From contig BK006941.2 in the NCBI GenBank assembly GCA_000146045.2, positions 256,001 through 320,000 of the forward strand: DNA of 64,000 nucleotides, given 5' to 3'. This document shows, one piece after another, positions 47,649 to 58,630 of the stretch. The DNA comes from TPA_inf: Saccharomyces. Lineage: Eukaryota. The position numbers and the translations under genes were made by a program. The notes under the pieces are model-generated. The model saw only the letters and a list, made by a program, of their open reading frames with translations, had not been told where the DNA came from and made no database searches. Position 1 is the stretch's first letter, and each line of letters starts with the position of its first letter.

Positions 47649-48071
47649 TCAGTCATAAATCATGTTTTCCCTTTCCCTCTCAGCATGCTTTTTCTCGGCC
47701 TCTTCCATTAAGCGAGTCTTATGAGACTTGGCACGCTCTTGAGCTAGCTTTTTGCCTAACTCGCCCTTATTGTACTTTTCATTCGTCTCTTGAAATCTCT
47801 TCTCAGCAGCTAACCTTGCGGCCTCCTTTGGGCTAACTTTATTTTTGCTCGGATCACTTGTATCAGTTAATTTGCTGCCTTCTTTCCTTTGCACAACCGG
47901 GACAGTTGTACTCTTTAGTTGTGTCTTCTTCTTTTTATCTTTCTTCTCTTTATGTCGAAGTTCTTGCTTTGACTTGACTGTATCACGATTAATTGGTTTT
48001 GTTCTTGCTTTAGTTGCCACCGTCGTAGTTTGTGAAGGCATTGGTTGGGTTTTACTTCCGCAAAGCCCCAT
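47649..48071 (-). CDS. Small Lys-rich protein with an N-terminal MGxCGS acylation motif (YGL108C)
   Basis: 140 aa. The N-terminus MGLCGSK is a consensus N-myristoylation site (Gly2) with Cys4 as a potential palmitoylation site. The rest is highly basic. Confidence 0.7.
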   Translation of the reverse strand: MGLCGSKTQPMPSQTTTVATKARTKPINRDTVKSKQELRHKEKKDKKKKTQLKSTTVPVVQRKEGSKLTDTSDPSKNKVSPKEAARLAAEKRFQETNEKYNKGELGKKLAQERAKSHKTRLMEEAEKKHAERERENMIYD

Positions 48072-48332
48072 ACTATGTACTTAAATATTTGTTGTTGTTT
48101 GCTGGTGCAAATTTCCTGGATGATGTTAATGATAATTATAGACCGCTTTTATATAGTCTTATGCCTATCCTTTTCATTTTTATTTTTCTAGAGGGAAAAA
48201 ATCGCTGATTACATGAGGGAAAAAAATATACACATTTCTTGATCATAGAAGATTCGATCTTATATATTATACGTTTAAATGTTTATTTACAAGCATGCAT
48301 AAATTGAGATGGGGAGAATGAATGCGCTAGTA

Positions 48333-50273
48333 CTATTGCTCCTTAGCAATAAAGCTATGTAGTTGAGGAACAGGAATGTCCTCGGCACTCAAGTCAGAAT
48401 AACCGCTCAGATACTCATTTAATATTGGGTATGACTCTGCGCATCCAGTGGTATACCTATATACTTGCTTGGTAGCGCGAAAGTAGGGCGTATATCTTTT
48501 TAATATTTTCAAGTACAGCTCTATTCTGTCTTCTGAATTCGAAGTAGAATCCTCATTTTTCAAATTTTCCAATGGCTTCGGAACTTTTATGTCGTCTTCT
48601 GTGGTCGTAGTCGTTGCTGGTGTTCCTTTAGCTTTTGCAGAAAAGACCTTTTCATCCCTCTTTGATTGTGACCATACGACAGTGGCATCCCTCAAAGCGG
48701 ACAGATCAGCATTGGCTATATATTGTTGGCCCAATTCATTCAGTTTCTTGACCAACTCCAGCCATCTATCCAGAATCTCTTCATTATTCGTGTTGTCTAT
48801 GCTTCCCAATGATTTCAGTAGTATTCTATATGATATAATAGTTCTTGGAATATGGTACAAAGTATAGTTTTTATCGATAAAATCGATTATGCTGCGTTCG
48901 TGCCAGATAGATGCTCTAGTTAACATAACGTTAAAAAATGGTTCATCAATTTTTTTGACCCCACTGTAAAACGTTATGATTTCTTGAAGCTTACGGAAAC
49001 CATTGATATTGTCATTAATATAGTTTTCGAAGAATATTGTGAAAAAAGTGTTGTTTAGTGAGGACAAAATTCCAGGATTAACAGTGTTACCATAAAATTT
49101 TACAGCCTTTTCCCATATTCTATAAACATGATCAAAATCGTTCTGTGCTTTCCATATATTCTGCAAAAAAGAGTTCACTGTAGAGACTTGTAAAATAATC
49201 TTGTATGGCATTTCATCGTTGATAATTTTGTCAAAGAAACTTTCTGCCAACGTTAAATTCTTGGAATCACCAATGAAGCTTAAGTGCGTTTCAATTAAAT
49301 AACCGTAATTCCTCACTTCAGCCTTTTCACATAATTGGCCGAAGAGGGATAATGCCTTTTCGTAGTCTTCCGCCTTGATGAAGACTTTTATCAGTCCGCT
49401 GTAAAGATTGGGATGGATAAATTCTTTGGATTGAATAATTTGGTTATATAGCTCGTTAGGCTCAGTCAGAGAACGCGTTTTTGCATAAAGTAATGGCAGC
49501 ATAAAACCAACCACTTTTGGTTCTTGGAATGCCTGTGAAGTAGTCTCGTCGGACAAATTCTTTGACGCTTCCCAAATTCGAATACAGTCATCGTCAAATG
49601 ACAGCTCTTTAAATGAAGTCAATAGATGAGTAGCTCCATATCCGCTGACAGACACCTTGCCTATCAAAATGTCATCAGATATATCCTTTAATGAATTACA
49701 TAGAAAGTTCATCATTTCCTTGTGAAAAGATTGCGAATCGTAGTCTGGCTTTCTACTTAATTTTACCAATTGGTCTCTCGTCGACCTCAGACCGTTATGC
49801 AGCAGATGAATCAAACGTGACACCCGGTACGCATTGAAATCAGGCGATTCTCTCAAAGAATAGTATAACTCCATTGCTCTGCCCATGGAGTCCCAAAACA
49901 TGGCGAATGATGGATTTTTATTCAATTGGTTGTTTCCTATTCTTTTGTATGTATTTTGCAAAGGCGTGGTAGAGTACTTTAAAGCAGATGATACACACTC
50001 ATCAAACGAAAGAAGCTCGTGGCGCCATGGAGAAGCTGGATCCACATTAAACACATTCTGTTCTGTTTTGCGCTGTTCTCGCCCATTCTTCTTGTCCAAA
50101 ACGCCCTTAGGTACATTTTTATGAAATATCGGACTGGAGTGGTAAGTACGGTCGCTAAGAACTACGTTGGCAAGCTTACCTCTCAGCATTGCTATCGAAC
50201 CGGAGTTAACAACGTTGCTTACGCTTATTTCCATAGTTTTTAACGATCTCACCGCATTTCTTCTAAGCATCAT
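48333..50273 (-). CDS. RMD9: Mitochondrial mRNA 3'-end binding/stability protein Rmd9
   Basis: 646 aa with a helical-repeat (PPR-like) architecture and an N-terminal presequence; recognised as Rmd9 (YGL107C). Confidence 0.85.
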   Translation of the reverse strand: MMLRRNAVRSLKTMEISVSNVVNSGSIAMLRGKLANVVLSDRTYHSSPIFHKNVPKGVLDKKNGREQRKTEQNVFNVDPASPWRHELLSFDECVSSALKYSTTPLQNTYKRIGNNQLNKNPSFAMFWDSMGRAMELYYSLRESPDFNAYRVSRLIHLLHNGLRSTRDQLVKLSRKPDYDSQSFHKEMMNFLCNSLKDISDDILIGKVSVSGYGATHLLTSFKELSFDDDCIRIWEASKNLSDETTSQAFQEPKVVGFMLPLLYAKTRSLTEPNELYNQIIQSKEFIHPNLYSGLIKVFIKAEDYEKALSLFGQLCEKAEVRNYGYLIETHLSFIGDSKNLTLAESFFDKIINDEMPYKIILQVSTVNSFLQNIWKAQNDFDHVYRIWEKAVKFYGNTVNPGILSSLNNTFFTIFFENYINDNINGFRKLQEIITFYSGVKKIDEPFFNVMLTRASIWHERSIIDFIDKNYTLYHIPRTIISYRILLKSLGSIDNTNNEEILDRWLELVKKLNELGQQYIANADLSALRDATVVWSQSKRDEKVFSAKAKGTPATTTTTEDDIKVPKPLENLKNEDSTSNSEDRIELYLKILKRYTPYFRATKQVYRYTTGCAESYPILNEYLSGYSDLSAEDIPVPQLHSFIAKEQ

Positions 50274-50559
50274 TGTCCCTTTTGCAGTATATGGACTCTC
50301 CGAATAGTGTAAGAAAATGACACTGAAACCTCACCTTCTTTTACTTATTGCTTAGACCCTCATTACAATGCCATACTGAATACATTTTTTCGAATCTTGT
50401 TCAGTCAGGAACCTCAACCATATATCATTACACACGAGTAGTAACAAAAGCATTTTGAAGTAAGATTTGAAACAAAATAATACTCAGAGTAGATCGACGT
50501 ATAAGAGTTCCTTCCCCAGCGTATTCCGCCACCACCCATCGCACATACATAGAATAACA

Positions 50560-51009
50560 ATGTCAGCCACCAGAGCCAATAAAGATATTTTCACACTATT
50601 CGACAAGAAGGGTCAAGGCGCCATTGCCAAGGATTCCTTGGGAGATTACCTGAGGGCAATTGGCTACAACCCCACCAACCAGCTCGTACAGGACATCATA
50701 AACGCGGATTCGAGCTTGAGAGACGCCTCTAGCTTGACGCTGGACCAGATTACAGGCCTAATTGAAGTCAACGAAAAGGAATTGGATGCAACTACCAAGG
50801 CAAAGACAGAAGACTTCGTCAAGGCATTCCAGGTCTTCGACAAGGAAAGTACAGGCAAGGTATCCGTTGGTGACTTAAGGTACATGCTAACTGGCTTGGG
50901 TGAAAAGTTAACCGACGCTGAAGTAGACGAGCTGTTGAAGGGTGTTGAAGTGGACAGCAACGGAGAAATTGACTACAAGAAGTTCATCGAAGATGTTTTG
51001 AGACAATGA
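50560..51009 (+). CDS. MLC1: Essential myosin light chain Mlc1 (calmodulin-like EF-hand protein)
   Basis: 149 aa from the internal Met (MSATRANKDIFTLFDKKGQG). The track ORF starts 31 codons upstream at 50467; that extension has no EF-hand features and is presumably 5' UTR. Confidence 0.85.
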   Translation: MSATRANKDIFTLFDKKGQGAIAKDSLGDYLRAIGYNPTNQLVQDIINADSSLRDASSLTLDQITGLIEVNEKELDATTKAKTEDFVKAFQVFDKESTGKVSVGDLRYMLTGLGEKLTDAEVDELLKGVEVDSNGEIDYKKFIEDVLRQ

Positions 51010-51179
51010 GAGTGCGGAACTGCAAATTTAGACATTTATTACTATATAACAGAGTCCTATCGACATAAAAACGAAAAAAGCGCCATTATGCAATGAAAAC
51101 TTGCCAGCGGTTTTTCATTTTTCATACTGGTAATTCAGAGAGCCAAGTCTTTCTTTATAATGCATAGCAATAAATAGTC

Positions 51180-51180
<1 letters not shown>

Positions 51181-51212
<32 letters not shown>

Positions 51213-51232
51213 TATATATGAACATATATATG
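51181..51232. repeat. (TA)n microsatellite downstream of MLC1
   Basis: tatatatatatatatatatatatatatgtacatatatatgaacatatatatg. Confidence 0.9.
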
Positions 51233-51436
51233 AACAAATAAATGATAATGGTATGTGATAGTCATTATTAACGATTAAGCGTTTTTCTTCAGTTTCTGAG
51301 GGATTCTAACCGCTTGGCGATTTTGCAAGAGATAAGAAAATTTTTCAGTCATATGGATAACCTAACACAGCGTGCGACGTATTTTACTTCAGGGCCCAAT
51401 TGAATAAGAAAGTATAATATAGAGTTTCAAGAGTCA

Positions 51437-52567
51437 ATGTCCGATCTCGTTACCAAGTTCGAATCGCTTATTATTTCAAAGTATCCAGTTTCTTTCACTA
51501 AAGAACAATCTGCTCAAGCTGCCCAATGGGAATCGGTTCTAAAATCTGGTCAAATCCAACCACACTTAGATCAATTGAATTTGGTGTTAAGAGACAACAC
51601 CTTCATTGTGTCCACTTTGTACCCAACATCTACCGACGTTCACGTCTTCGAAGTCGCCTTACCATTGATTAAGGATTTAGTGGCAAGCTCCAAGGATGTC
51701 AAGTCAACTTATACCACATACAGACATATTTTGAGATGGATTGATTACATGCAAAACTTGTTGGAAGTGTCGAGCACTGACAAGTTAGAAATAAATCACG
51801 ATTTGGACTTACCTCATGAAGTTATTGAGAAGAAGAAAAAGGCACCTGCGGGTGGCGCTGCTGATGCCGCAGCCAAGGCAGACGAAGATGTTAGTAAGAA
51901 GGCTAAAAAGCAAGATCATCCAAGAGGTAAGCCTGATGAAGAAACCCTTAAGAAATTGAGAGAGGAGGCAAAGGCCAAGAAGGCAGCTAAGAAGGCCGCC
52001 AACGCCAAACAACAACAAGAGCAACAAAATAAGGCCCCAGAAAAGCCAAAGCCATCCGCAATAGATTTCCGTGTTGGTTTTATTCAAAAAGCCATCAAGC
52101 ACCCAGATGCCGACTCCCTATATGTCTCTACAATTGATGTCGGTGATGAAGAAGGCCCAAGAACTGTTTGTTCTGGTTTGGTCAAGCATTTTCCTTTGGA
52201 CGCTATGCAAGAACGTTATGTTGTTGTTGTATGCAACTTGAAACCAGTTAACATGAGAGGTATTAAATCCACTGCTATGGTATTGTGTGGTTCTAACGAC
52301 GACAAAGTTGAATTTGTCGAGCCACCAAAGGACTCTAAGGCCGGTGACAAGGTGTTCTTTGAAGGTTTCGGTGACGAAGCTCCAATGAAGCAATTGAATC
52401 CAAAAAAGAAGATCTGGGAACACTTACAACCTCATTTTACTACAAATGACGGGTTGGAAGTTATCTTCAAAGACGAAGAAGAAAAGGACCATCCTGTAAG
52501 AAAGTTGACCAACGCTAAGGGCGAATCATTCAAGGTTGCTAGTATTGCTAATGCTCAAGTCCGTTAA
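51437..52567 (+). CDS. ARC1: Aminoacyl-tRNA synthetase cofactor Arc1
   Basis: 376 aa with a GST-like N-terminus, a Lys/Ala-rich linker, and a C-terminal EMAP-II/Trbp111-like tRNA-binding OB fold ([25 protein letters not shown]). Confidence 0.9.
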   Translation: MSDLVTKFESLIISKYPVSFTKEQSAQAAQWESVLKSGQIQPHLDQLNLVLRDNTFIVSTLYPTSTDVHVFEVALPLIKDLVASSKDVKSTYTTYRHILRWIDYMQNLLEVSSTDKLEINHDLDLPHEVIEKKKKAPAGGAADAAAKADEDVSKKAKKQDHPRGKPDEETLKKLREEAKAKKAAKKAANAKQQQEQQNKAPEKPKPSAIDFRVGFIQKAIKHPDADSLYVSTIDVGDEEGPRTVCSGLVKHFPLDAMQERYVVVVCNLKPVNMRGIKSTAMVLCGSNDDKVEFVEPPKDSKAGDKVFFEGFGDEAPMKQLNPKKKIWEHLQPHFTTNDGLEVIFKDEEEKDHPVRKLTNAKGESFKVASIANAQVR

Positions 52568-52712
52568 AAAGATATAATATCACGAATTTGTTACTAATTT
52601 AACATGCGTAAATACTTATTTCACATATATAATTCAAAGATTTATAAGTAAATGTCTTTGTGCTAATAACACGCCGTCCCGATACGCCTCAATGGTTAGC
52701 CCTTATTTCATT

Positions 52713-54173
52713 TTAGCCGCTCCTCTTGGTCTCCGGAACCTTCTTCCAGATAAAGGCGCTTATTGAGCATGCTATGATAGCAAAAATGATGAAAACATAA
52801 CCTGACAAAACATCATGAATAATAGGGAAAGTATATGCAATGATAAAAGTTCCTACCCAATTGCAAATGGTACCATATCTTTGCGCAAGGACCATATCCT
52901 GTGGTTTTGATACTTCTCTCATTATTATAAATGGCAACGGATTTAACCCCATCGTGAAAACGCCCATATATATAAATGAAAACACAATCAAAAGGTTCAT
53001 TTTATTATGGTTCATTGCTATTCCCATAATGAAGGCGGTAACAGAAACTAAGACGGTGGACGTCATCAGAAGCGGTTTACGTGGCAAACTATGAATTAGC
53101 AGAGAAACTAGTATGGTGACTAATACATTCACCATACTAATGAAAAAGTTTATCCTAATTGCGTGCTGAGGATACAGTTGACTAATTATCTTGGTACCAT
53201 ATAGTACAATGGAGTTTATACCGCAGAATTGTTGGCCAAATAACAATACAGTGATAACATGGCGAGACTTGACATTTGTTCTGTCCCTCAAGTATTTCCA
53301 TAATGAATTAGAACCGCTAATAGAGTTCGTGGTGGTTGGTTCAATCAACGGATCCCCAGATTCTATTTGCAGTTGCCAATCCTGTATCTCTTGTGCGGCT
53401 TCATCAAAAGTCACGCCACGTAGCTTACATAGAGATAACTTAGCATCGGTGACTCTTCCATGTGCTAACAACCATTTTGGAGATTCATCGACTATAAACC
53501 ACATGAAAAAATTCAATACCGCGATAAGGAAGCTACCAAACAAAATCCACCTCCAACGGTATGAATCAGTCAGTGGGAGGGCTATTCCTTGTGTCAACAA
53601 GACCCCTAACCTGATACAGATTTGTGTCATCGAACCCAGTAAACCTTCCCAACCGCTTGGAGCAACTTCCTTAATGAAAAGGGGTATAATCACGATCAAA
53701 GAGCCACACGAAATACCCACTAGAATTCTACCAATGATTAAGCCCCTATAACTATTCGAATTGAAGATTATCAGCGAACCGACGATATTCAATGTGCAGT
53801 TAATTAAACTTGAGAACTTCCTTCCATAAATATTGGCCAGACTGGTGGCAAAATAAGAGCCCAAAATGCCTCCAATGCAAAAAACGGAGGTCACGATTCC
53901 AATCTGTTCATCATTCAATGGTATACATTGCTTATATCCTCTTTTTCCCAGCCATGTTCTGTCATAGGGATAGCCCTCCATGGGAATGTCAAATTCTGAG
54001 CACGAAAGCACCTGCTGAGGTGCATTTAATTCCGACAAGTGGTAACCAAATTGTATTGAACCGATTGAGGCTACTATAATTGCATAACATAACGCCTTTG
54101 TAATTTTATGCTTGTTTTGCCTTGGCATGCTAACATTGGATAGCAACGATGCACTAGATAGAATCCTATTCAT
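52713..54173 (-). CDS. VPS73: MFS sugar-porter-like vacuolar sorting protein Vps73
   Basis: 486 aa with 12 predicted TM segments and sugar-porter signatures (GRK/R motifs after TM2 and TM8). Confidence 0.85.
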   Translation of the reverse strand: MNRILSSASLLSNVSMPRQNKHKITKALCYAIIVASIGSIQFGYHLSELNAPQQVLSCSEFDIPMEGYPYDRTWLGKRGYKQCIPLNDEQIGIVTSVFCIGGILGSYFATSLANIYGRKFSSLINCTLNIVGSLIIFNSNSYRGLIIGRILVGISCGSLIVIIPLFIKEVAPSGWEGLLGSMTQICIRLGVLLTQGIALPLTDSYRWRWILFGSFLIAVLNFFMWFIVDESPKWLLAHGRVTDAKLSLCKLRGVTFDEAAQEIQDWQLQIESGDPLIEPTTTNSISGSNSLWKYLRDRTNVKSRHVITVLLFGQQFCGINSIVLYGTKIISQLYPQHAIRINFFISMVNVLVTILVSLLIHSLPRKPLLMTSTVLVSVTAFIMGIAMNHNKMNLLIVFSFIYMGVFTMGLNPLPFIIMREVSKPQDMVLAQRYGTICNWVGTFIIAYTFPIIHDVLSGYVFIIFAIIACSISAFIWKKVPETKRSG

Positions 54174-54698
54174 ACTATGCTACGTACCTGTTTAACTCTT
54201 CTCATTTTATCCGTTTTCTTTCTTCACCGTTCCTCTTAAGTTCTTTATTTTTTTCATAACAGAATGATCACCCCTTTCACTTTGCCGCCAATATAATATT
54301 AACACACAAGAAATAAGTATGAGGTAGTTTGCTCTCGAAAAAACCAAGTAATAGTTCAAAAAATGAAAAAAAGAAAACAAATACCAAATTATGCCACCGT
54401 TACCTTACGTTTCATGGTTAATCATCGTTTACTGCCGCCTATGAGCGTAAGCTAATGTTATAAAGAAACAAGCTATAATATTGTTAAATATAGTTGATCA
54501 ACAGCATTGTAATGATTACAAGAGACGAGGTGGAATGAACCTTATGAAATGCGTATTATATATAAACTGTAATAAGAGCTAAGTTGAATTGAAATCTACG
54601 ATACTTGATGTTGACATTATAGCACTAGTTCCCAGGAAACCCTTTCGAAAAACACAGCAAAAACAAGAGTACTGTAACCAATGTAACATCTGTACACC

Positions 54699-54716
54699 AG
54701 GGACCCACACATTACC
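54699..54716 (+). promoter_or_regulatory. Rap1-like binding site in the RPL28 promoter
   Basis: gggACCCACACATTacc, about 255 bp upstream of the RPL28 ATG, resembles the ACACCCAYACAYY Rap1 consensus found in ribosomal-protein promoters. Confidence 0.45.
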
Positions 54717-54966
54717 AAAATCAAAATTATTTTTCTAATGCCTGTTATTTTTCCTATTTTTCCTCTGGCGCGTGAATAGCCCGCAGAGACGCAAACAATT
54801 TTCCTCGCAGTTTTTCGCTTGTTTAATGCGTATTTTCCCAGATAGGTTCAAACCTTTCATCTGTATCCCGTATATTTAAGATGGCGTTTGCTTTCTCCGT
54901 TGATTTTTTTCCTTCTTAGTGATTTTTTTGCATTAAATCCCAGAACAATCATCCAACTAATCAAGA

Positions 54967-55927
54967 ATGCCTTCCAGATTCACTAAGACTAGAAAGCACA
55001 GAGGTCACGTCTCAGGTATGTAGTTCCATTTGGAAGAGGGAATGAAAGAACCAAGACGGTGACTTTTTTTTTAGTGTTGTGCAACCAATATGTCGTGTGT
55101 ATATCATGGTACAGGAGAATGTCAATCAGCTAAGTGTACTCAACATATTTCTTTGTGTTTTGATTGCGAACTTTGTATTACCATCTCACTGTTGAGACGG
55201 CTTATTTGAGGTAATAGCTCGAGTAAATGTACTCTTCCATCGCAAACTGAGCAAAAAGAAAGTGTGCATAGCCTTTGTCATACTTCTCCTTTATTATACC
55301 ATGATATTCAGAACAGTCATACTGTCTACTCATTTTACGGCTATAAAAGGTAACTTTCATTTAGATTATGGAAAGCACTAATTATCGCTGTATCAAATGG
55401 TTGTAGAGAGCGCAATTATGAAAAAGAGTTACCACGTTTCTTTTGTTTCGATAAAATGTCCAGTTGAAAACCTGTTTTACTAACGATTTAAAAATTGTAT
55501 TTCATTACAATATTTTTTTTGTACAGCCGGTAAAGGTCGTATCGGTAAGCACAGAAAGCACCCCGGTGGTAGAGGTATGGCCGGTGGTCAACATCACCAC
55601 AGAATTAACATGGATAAATACCATCCAGGTTATTTCGGTAAGGTTGGTATGAGATACTTCCACAAGCAACAAGCTCATTTCTGGAAGCCAGTCTTGAACT
55701 TGGACAAATTGTGGACATTGATCCCAGAAGACAAGAGAGACCAATACTTGAAATCTGCTTCTAAGGAAACTGCTCCAGTTATTGACACTTTGGCAGCCGG
55801 TTACGGTAAGATCTTGGGTAAGGGTAGAATTCCAAATGTTCCAGTTATCGTCAAAGCTAGATTCGTCTCCAAGTTGGCTGAAGAAAAAATCAGAGCTGCT
55901 GGTGGTGTTGTTGAATTGATCGCTTAA
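54967..55927 (+). CDS. RPL28: 60S ribosomal protein L28 (uL15; cycloheximide-resistance locus CYH2), two exons
   Basis: Exon 1 is 54967-55015 ([16 protein letters not shown] + G). The intron is 55016-55526 (5'ss GTATGT, branch TACTAAC at 55477-55483, 3'ss ..gtacAG). Exon 2 is 55527-55927. The spliced product is 149 aa, [61 protein letters not shown].... Confidence 0.92.
55016..55526 (+). other. Spliceosomal intron of RPL28 (511 nt)
   Basis: Canonical yeast signals: GTATGT at 55016, TACTAAC at 55477-55483, and AG at 55525-55526, 43 nt downstream of the branch point. Confidence 0.9.
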
Positions 55928-56192
55928 GCGCATCAACAAAAACTCTATGTATTTTCCAATAAATTATATATCTTCAGTTTAATCTAATTCAACATCTACT
56001 TCTGTATTATTTCTATCACCCATTTTCACCGTTTTTTCGTCTTGTCTATTTTGAAGTTACCAGTGGCAGATCCCAACGCTTTTATCGCTTTTTTAAAAGA
56101 TTTTCAAAATCCATATATAAACATAGGGTCCAAAAAGAAAACAAATAACAAAACAAGAAAACCTATTCGAGGTAAAGACCAGGAAAAACAAA

Positions 56193-56840
56193 ATGACTGC
56201 AGTTAACATCTGGAAGCCAGAAGATAATATACCTAGGGAGATTTTGGCAATTCTTTCGAAACCTCACCCAAATTATCAGTTAGCGTTTTTGAATATTATA
56301 CAACTTTTGAAAACGCAAAGAAGAACTGGTTGGGTTGACCATGGTATTGACCCATGCGAAAGTATATCTGACCATATGTACAGAATGGGTTTAACTACCA
56401 TGCTGATTACGGACAAGAATGTTGATCGTAACAAATGTATCAGAATCGCACTTGTTCACGATTTTGCGGAGTCATTAGTTGGTGATATTACACCTAATGA
56501 CCCAATGACAAAGGAAGAGAAACATCGCAGAGAATTTGAAACTGTCAAGTATCTCTGTGAAAGCATAATAAGGCCCTGCAGTGAAAGCGCATCTAGGGAA
56601 ATTCTTGATGACTGGTTAGCATACGAAAAGCAGACCTGTTTGGAAGGAAGATATGTCAAAGATATTGATAAGTATGAAATGTTGGTTCAATGTTTTGAGT
56701 ACGAACAAAAGTATAATGGCAAGAAGGATTTGAAACAATTTTTGGGAGCCATCAATGATATAAAAACTGATGAAGTTAAAAAATGGACACAATCTTTACT
56801 GGAAGATCGACAAGCCTTTTTCGACAGTTTGAAGGAGTAA
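56193..56840 (+). CDS. HD-domain phosphohydrolase (YGL101W; 5'-deoxynucleotidase YfbR-like)
   Basis: 215 aa with the HD-domain metal ligands H..HD..D (..DHMYRM..LVHDFAESLVGDITPND..). Confidence 0.8.
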   Translation: MTAVNIWKPEDNIPREILAILSKPHPNYQLAFLNIIQLLKTQRRTGWVDHGIDPCESISDHMYRMGLTTMLITDKNVDRNKCIRIALVHDFAESLVGDITPNDPMTKEEKHRREFETVKYLCESIIRPCSESASREILDDWLAYEKQTCLEGRYVKDIDKYEMLVQCFEYEQKYNGKKDLKQFLGAINDIKTDEVKKWTQSLLEDRQAFFDSLKE

Positions 56841-57233
56841 TAATGTGGCCTTTTGAAAGAAAAGTTAGTGCTTTTTTTTCTTTTCTCAAACCTTCACCTG
56901 GTGGTGCGTATCATTTATAATAACATCTTGATGCTTTTCAACGAGATAGTGCCCATTTTATTTTGCATGTATTATACTTCCAGCACCCGGTGTGCATTAT
57001 ATGTAACTTTAGAAATAATCTTTTGTATATTATTCGCGATTGAATGTGCGTGCTGCATTATCAACCAAGTTTTAATATATCTGTTTCTCTTATTTATTGT
57101 TAGTTAAGTCTTCGGCAAAACGATGGAAAAAATCATGAACTGAATAGAGACAAGTAAACCAAATTATAAACAAGGTTTCCCTTCTGAAGAGATACTAAGG
57201 AAGAAGAAGAACGACCCAATAATATTTCTGAAT

Positions 57234-58283
57234 ATGCAACCATTTGATAGTGGGCATGATGATTTAGTTCATGATGTCGTTTATGACTTTTACGGAAGAC
57301 ATGTGGCAACATGCTCTTCTGATCAACATATTAAAGTTTTTAAATTAGACAAGGACACGAGTAATTGGGAACTCAGTGACTCATGGAGAGCTCACGACAG
57401 TAGTATCGTGGCCATTGATTGGGCCAGTCCAGAATATGGGCGCATCATTGCTTCAGCCTCTTACGATAAGACGGTAAAATTATGGGAAGAAGATCCCGAC
57501 CAAGAAGAATGCTCTGGCCGTCGTTGGAACAAGCTGTGTACCCTGAATGATTCCAAAGGATCACTTTATAGTGTAAAATTTGCGCCAGCGCATTTGGGCT
57601 TAAAATTAGCTTGTTTGGGTAACGATGGAATCCTCAGACTTTATGATGCCTTAGAACCTTCTGACCTAAGGTCATGGACACTGACTTCTGAGATGAAAGT
57701 GCTATCTATACCACCAGCAAATCATTTACAGTCTGATTTTTGTCTCTCTTGGTGTCCTTCGAGATTTTCTCCTGAAAAGCTCGCAGTCTCTGCATTGGAA
57801 CAAGCGATTATATACCAAAGGGGTAAAGACGGTAAACTTCACGTTGCAGCAAAACTTCCCGGTCATAAAAGTTTAATAAGAAGTATCAGCTGGGCTCCTT
57901 CCATTGGTAGATGGTATCAACTCATTGCAACAGGTTGCAAAGATGGTAGAATTAGAATTTTCAAAATCACAGAAAAACTAAGTCCCCTGGCCTCAGAGGA
58001 GTCTTTAACTAACTCAAATATGTTTGATAATAGTGCTGATGTTGACATGGATGCACAGGGCAGATCAGACTCAAATACCGAAGAGAAAGCTGAGCTACAA
58101 TCAAACTTGCAAGTTGAACTTCTAAGCGAGCATGATGACCATAATGGCGAAGTTTGGTCCGTGTCTTGGAATTTAACGGGTACAATCTTAAGCAGTGCTG
58201 GGGATGATGGGAAGGTACGTTTATGGAAAGCCACTTATTCAAATGAATTTAAGTGTATGTCAGTAATTACTGCCCAACAATAA
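57234..58283 (+). CDS. SEH1: Nuclear pore / SEA complex WD40 protein Seh1
   Basis: 349 aa, Sec13-like open six-bladed WD40 fold. Confidence 0.9.
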   Translation: MQPFDSGHDDLVHDVVYDFYGRHVATCSSDQHIKVFKLDKDTSNWELSDSWRAHDSSIVAIDWASPEYGRIIASASYDKTVKLWEEDPDQEECSGRRWNKLCTLNDSKGSLYSVKFAPAHLGLKLACLGNDGILRLYDALEPSDLRSWTLTSEMKVLSIPPANHLQSDFCLSWCPSRFSPEKLAVSALEQAIIYQRGKDGKLHVAAKLPGHKSLIRSISWAPSIGRWYQLIATGCKDGRIRIFKITEKLSPLASEESLTNSNMFDNSADVDMDAQGRSDSNTEEKAELQSNLQVELLSEHDDHNGEVWSVSWNLTGTILSSAGDDGKVRLWKATYSNEFKCMSVITAQQ

Positions 58284-58630
58284 ATAAGAATATATGTATA
58301 CATAACATTATATATTGGTACTTTATACGTGTGCATTATTCTGTATAATACGAGGCAACAGATGAATCAAGAAAGATGATGCTTTTAAAAAGCTCTTACA
58401 AATATAATGATATTACATCAAATGATATTATTATTCTTGATATTGGGTATTCTTTCGAATTATATCAAGCTTCCCTTCCCTCGCCTTTTCGCCTGGAAAT
58501 TTTTCAATGCCGAGATTAAAAAATTTGTCAATGAAAATGCATTCTACTACTTAATAAAGAGGTGATGAGCTTATAAGCCAACTTCTTTTAAACACAAAAC
58601 TAAATCTGATATTGAGGACCCCCACCAACT

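Noticed and set aside
47489-47836. 115-aa plus-strand ORF overlapping YGL108C
   Set aside because: Antisense overlap with a better-supported ORF; no features.
55505-55939. 144-aa ORF antisense to RPL28 exon 2 (the position of the dubious YGL102C)
   Set aside because: Same codon-bias artefact as the RPS2 antisense ORF; it overlaps a verified RP gene and has no features.
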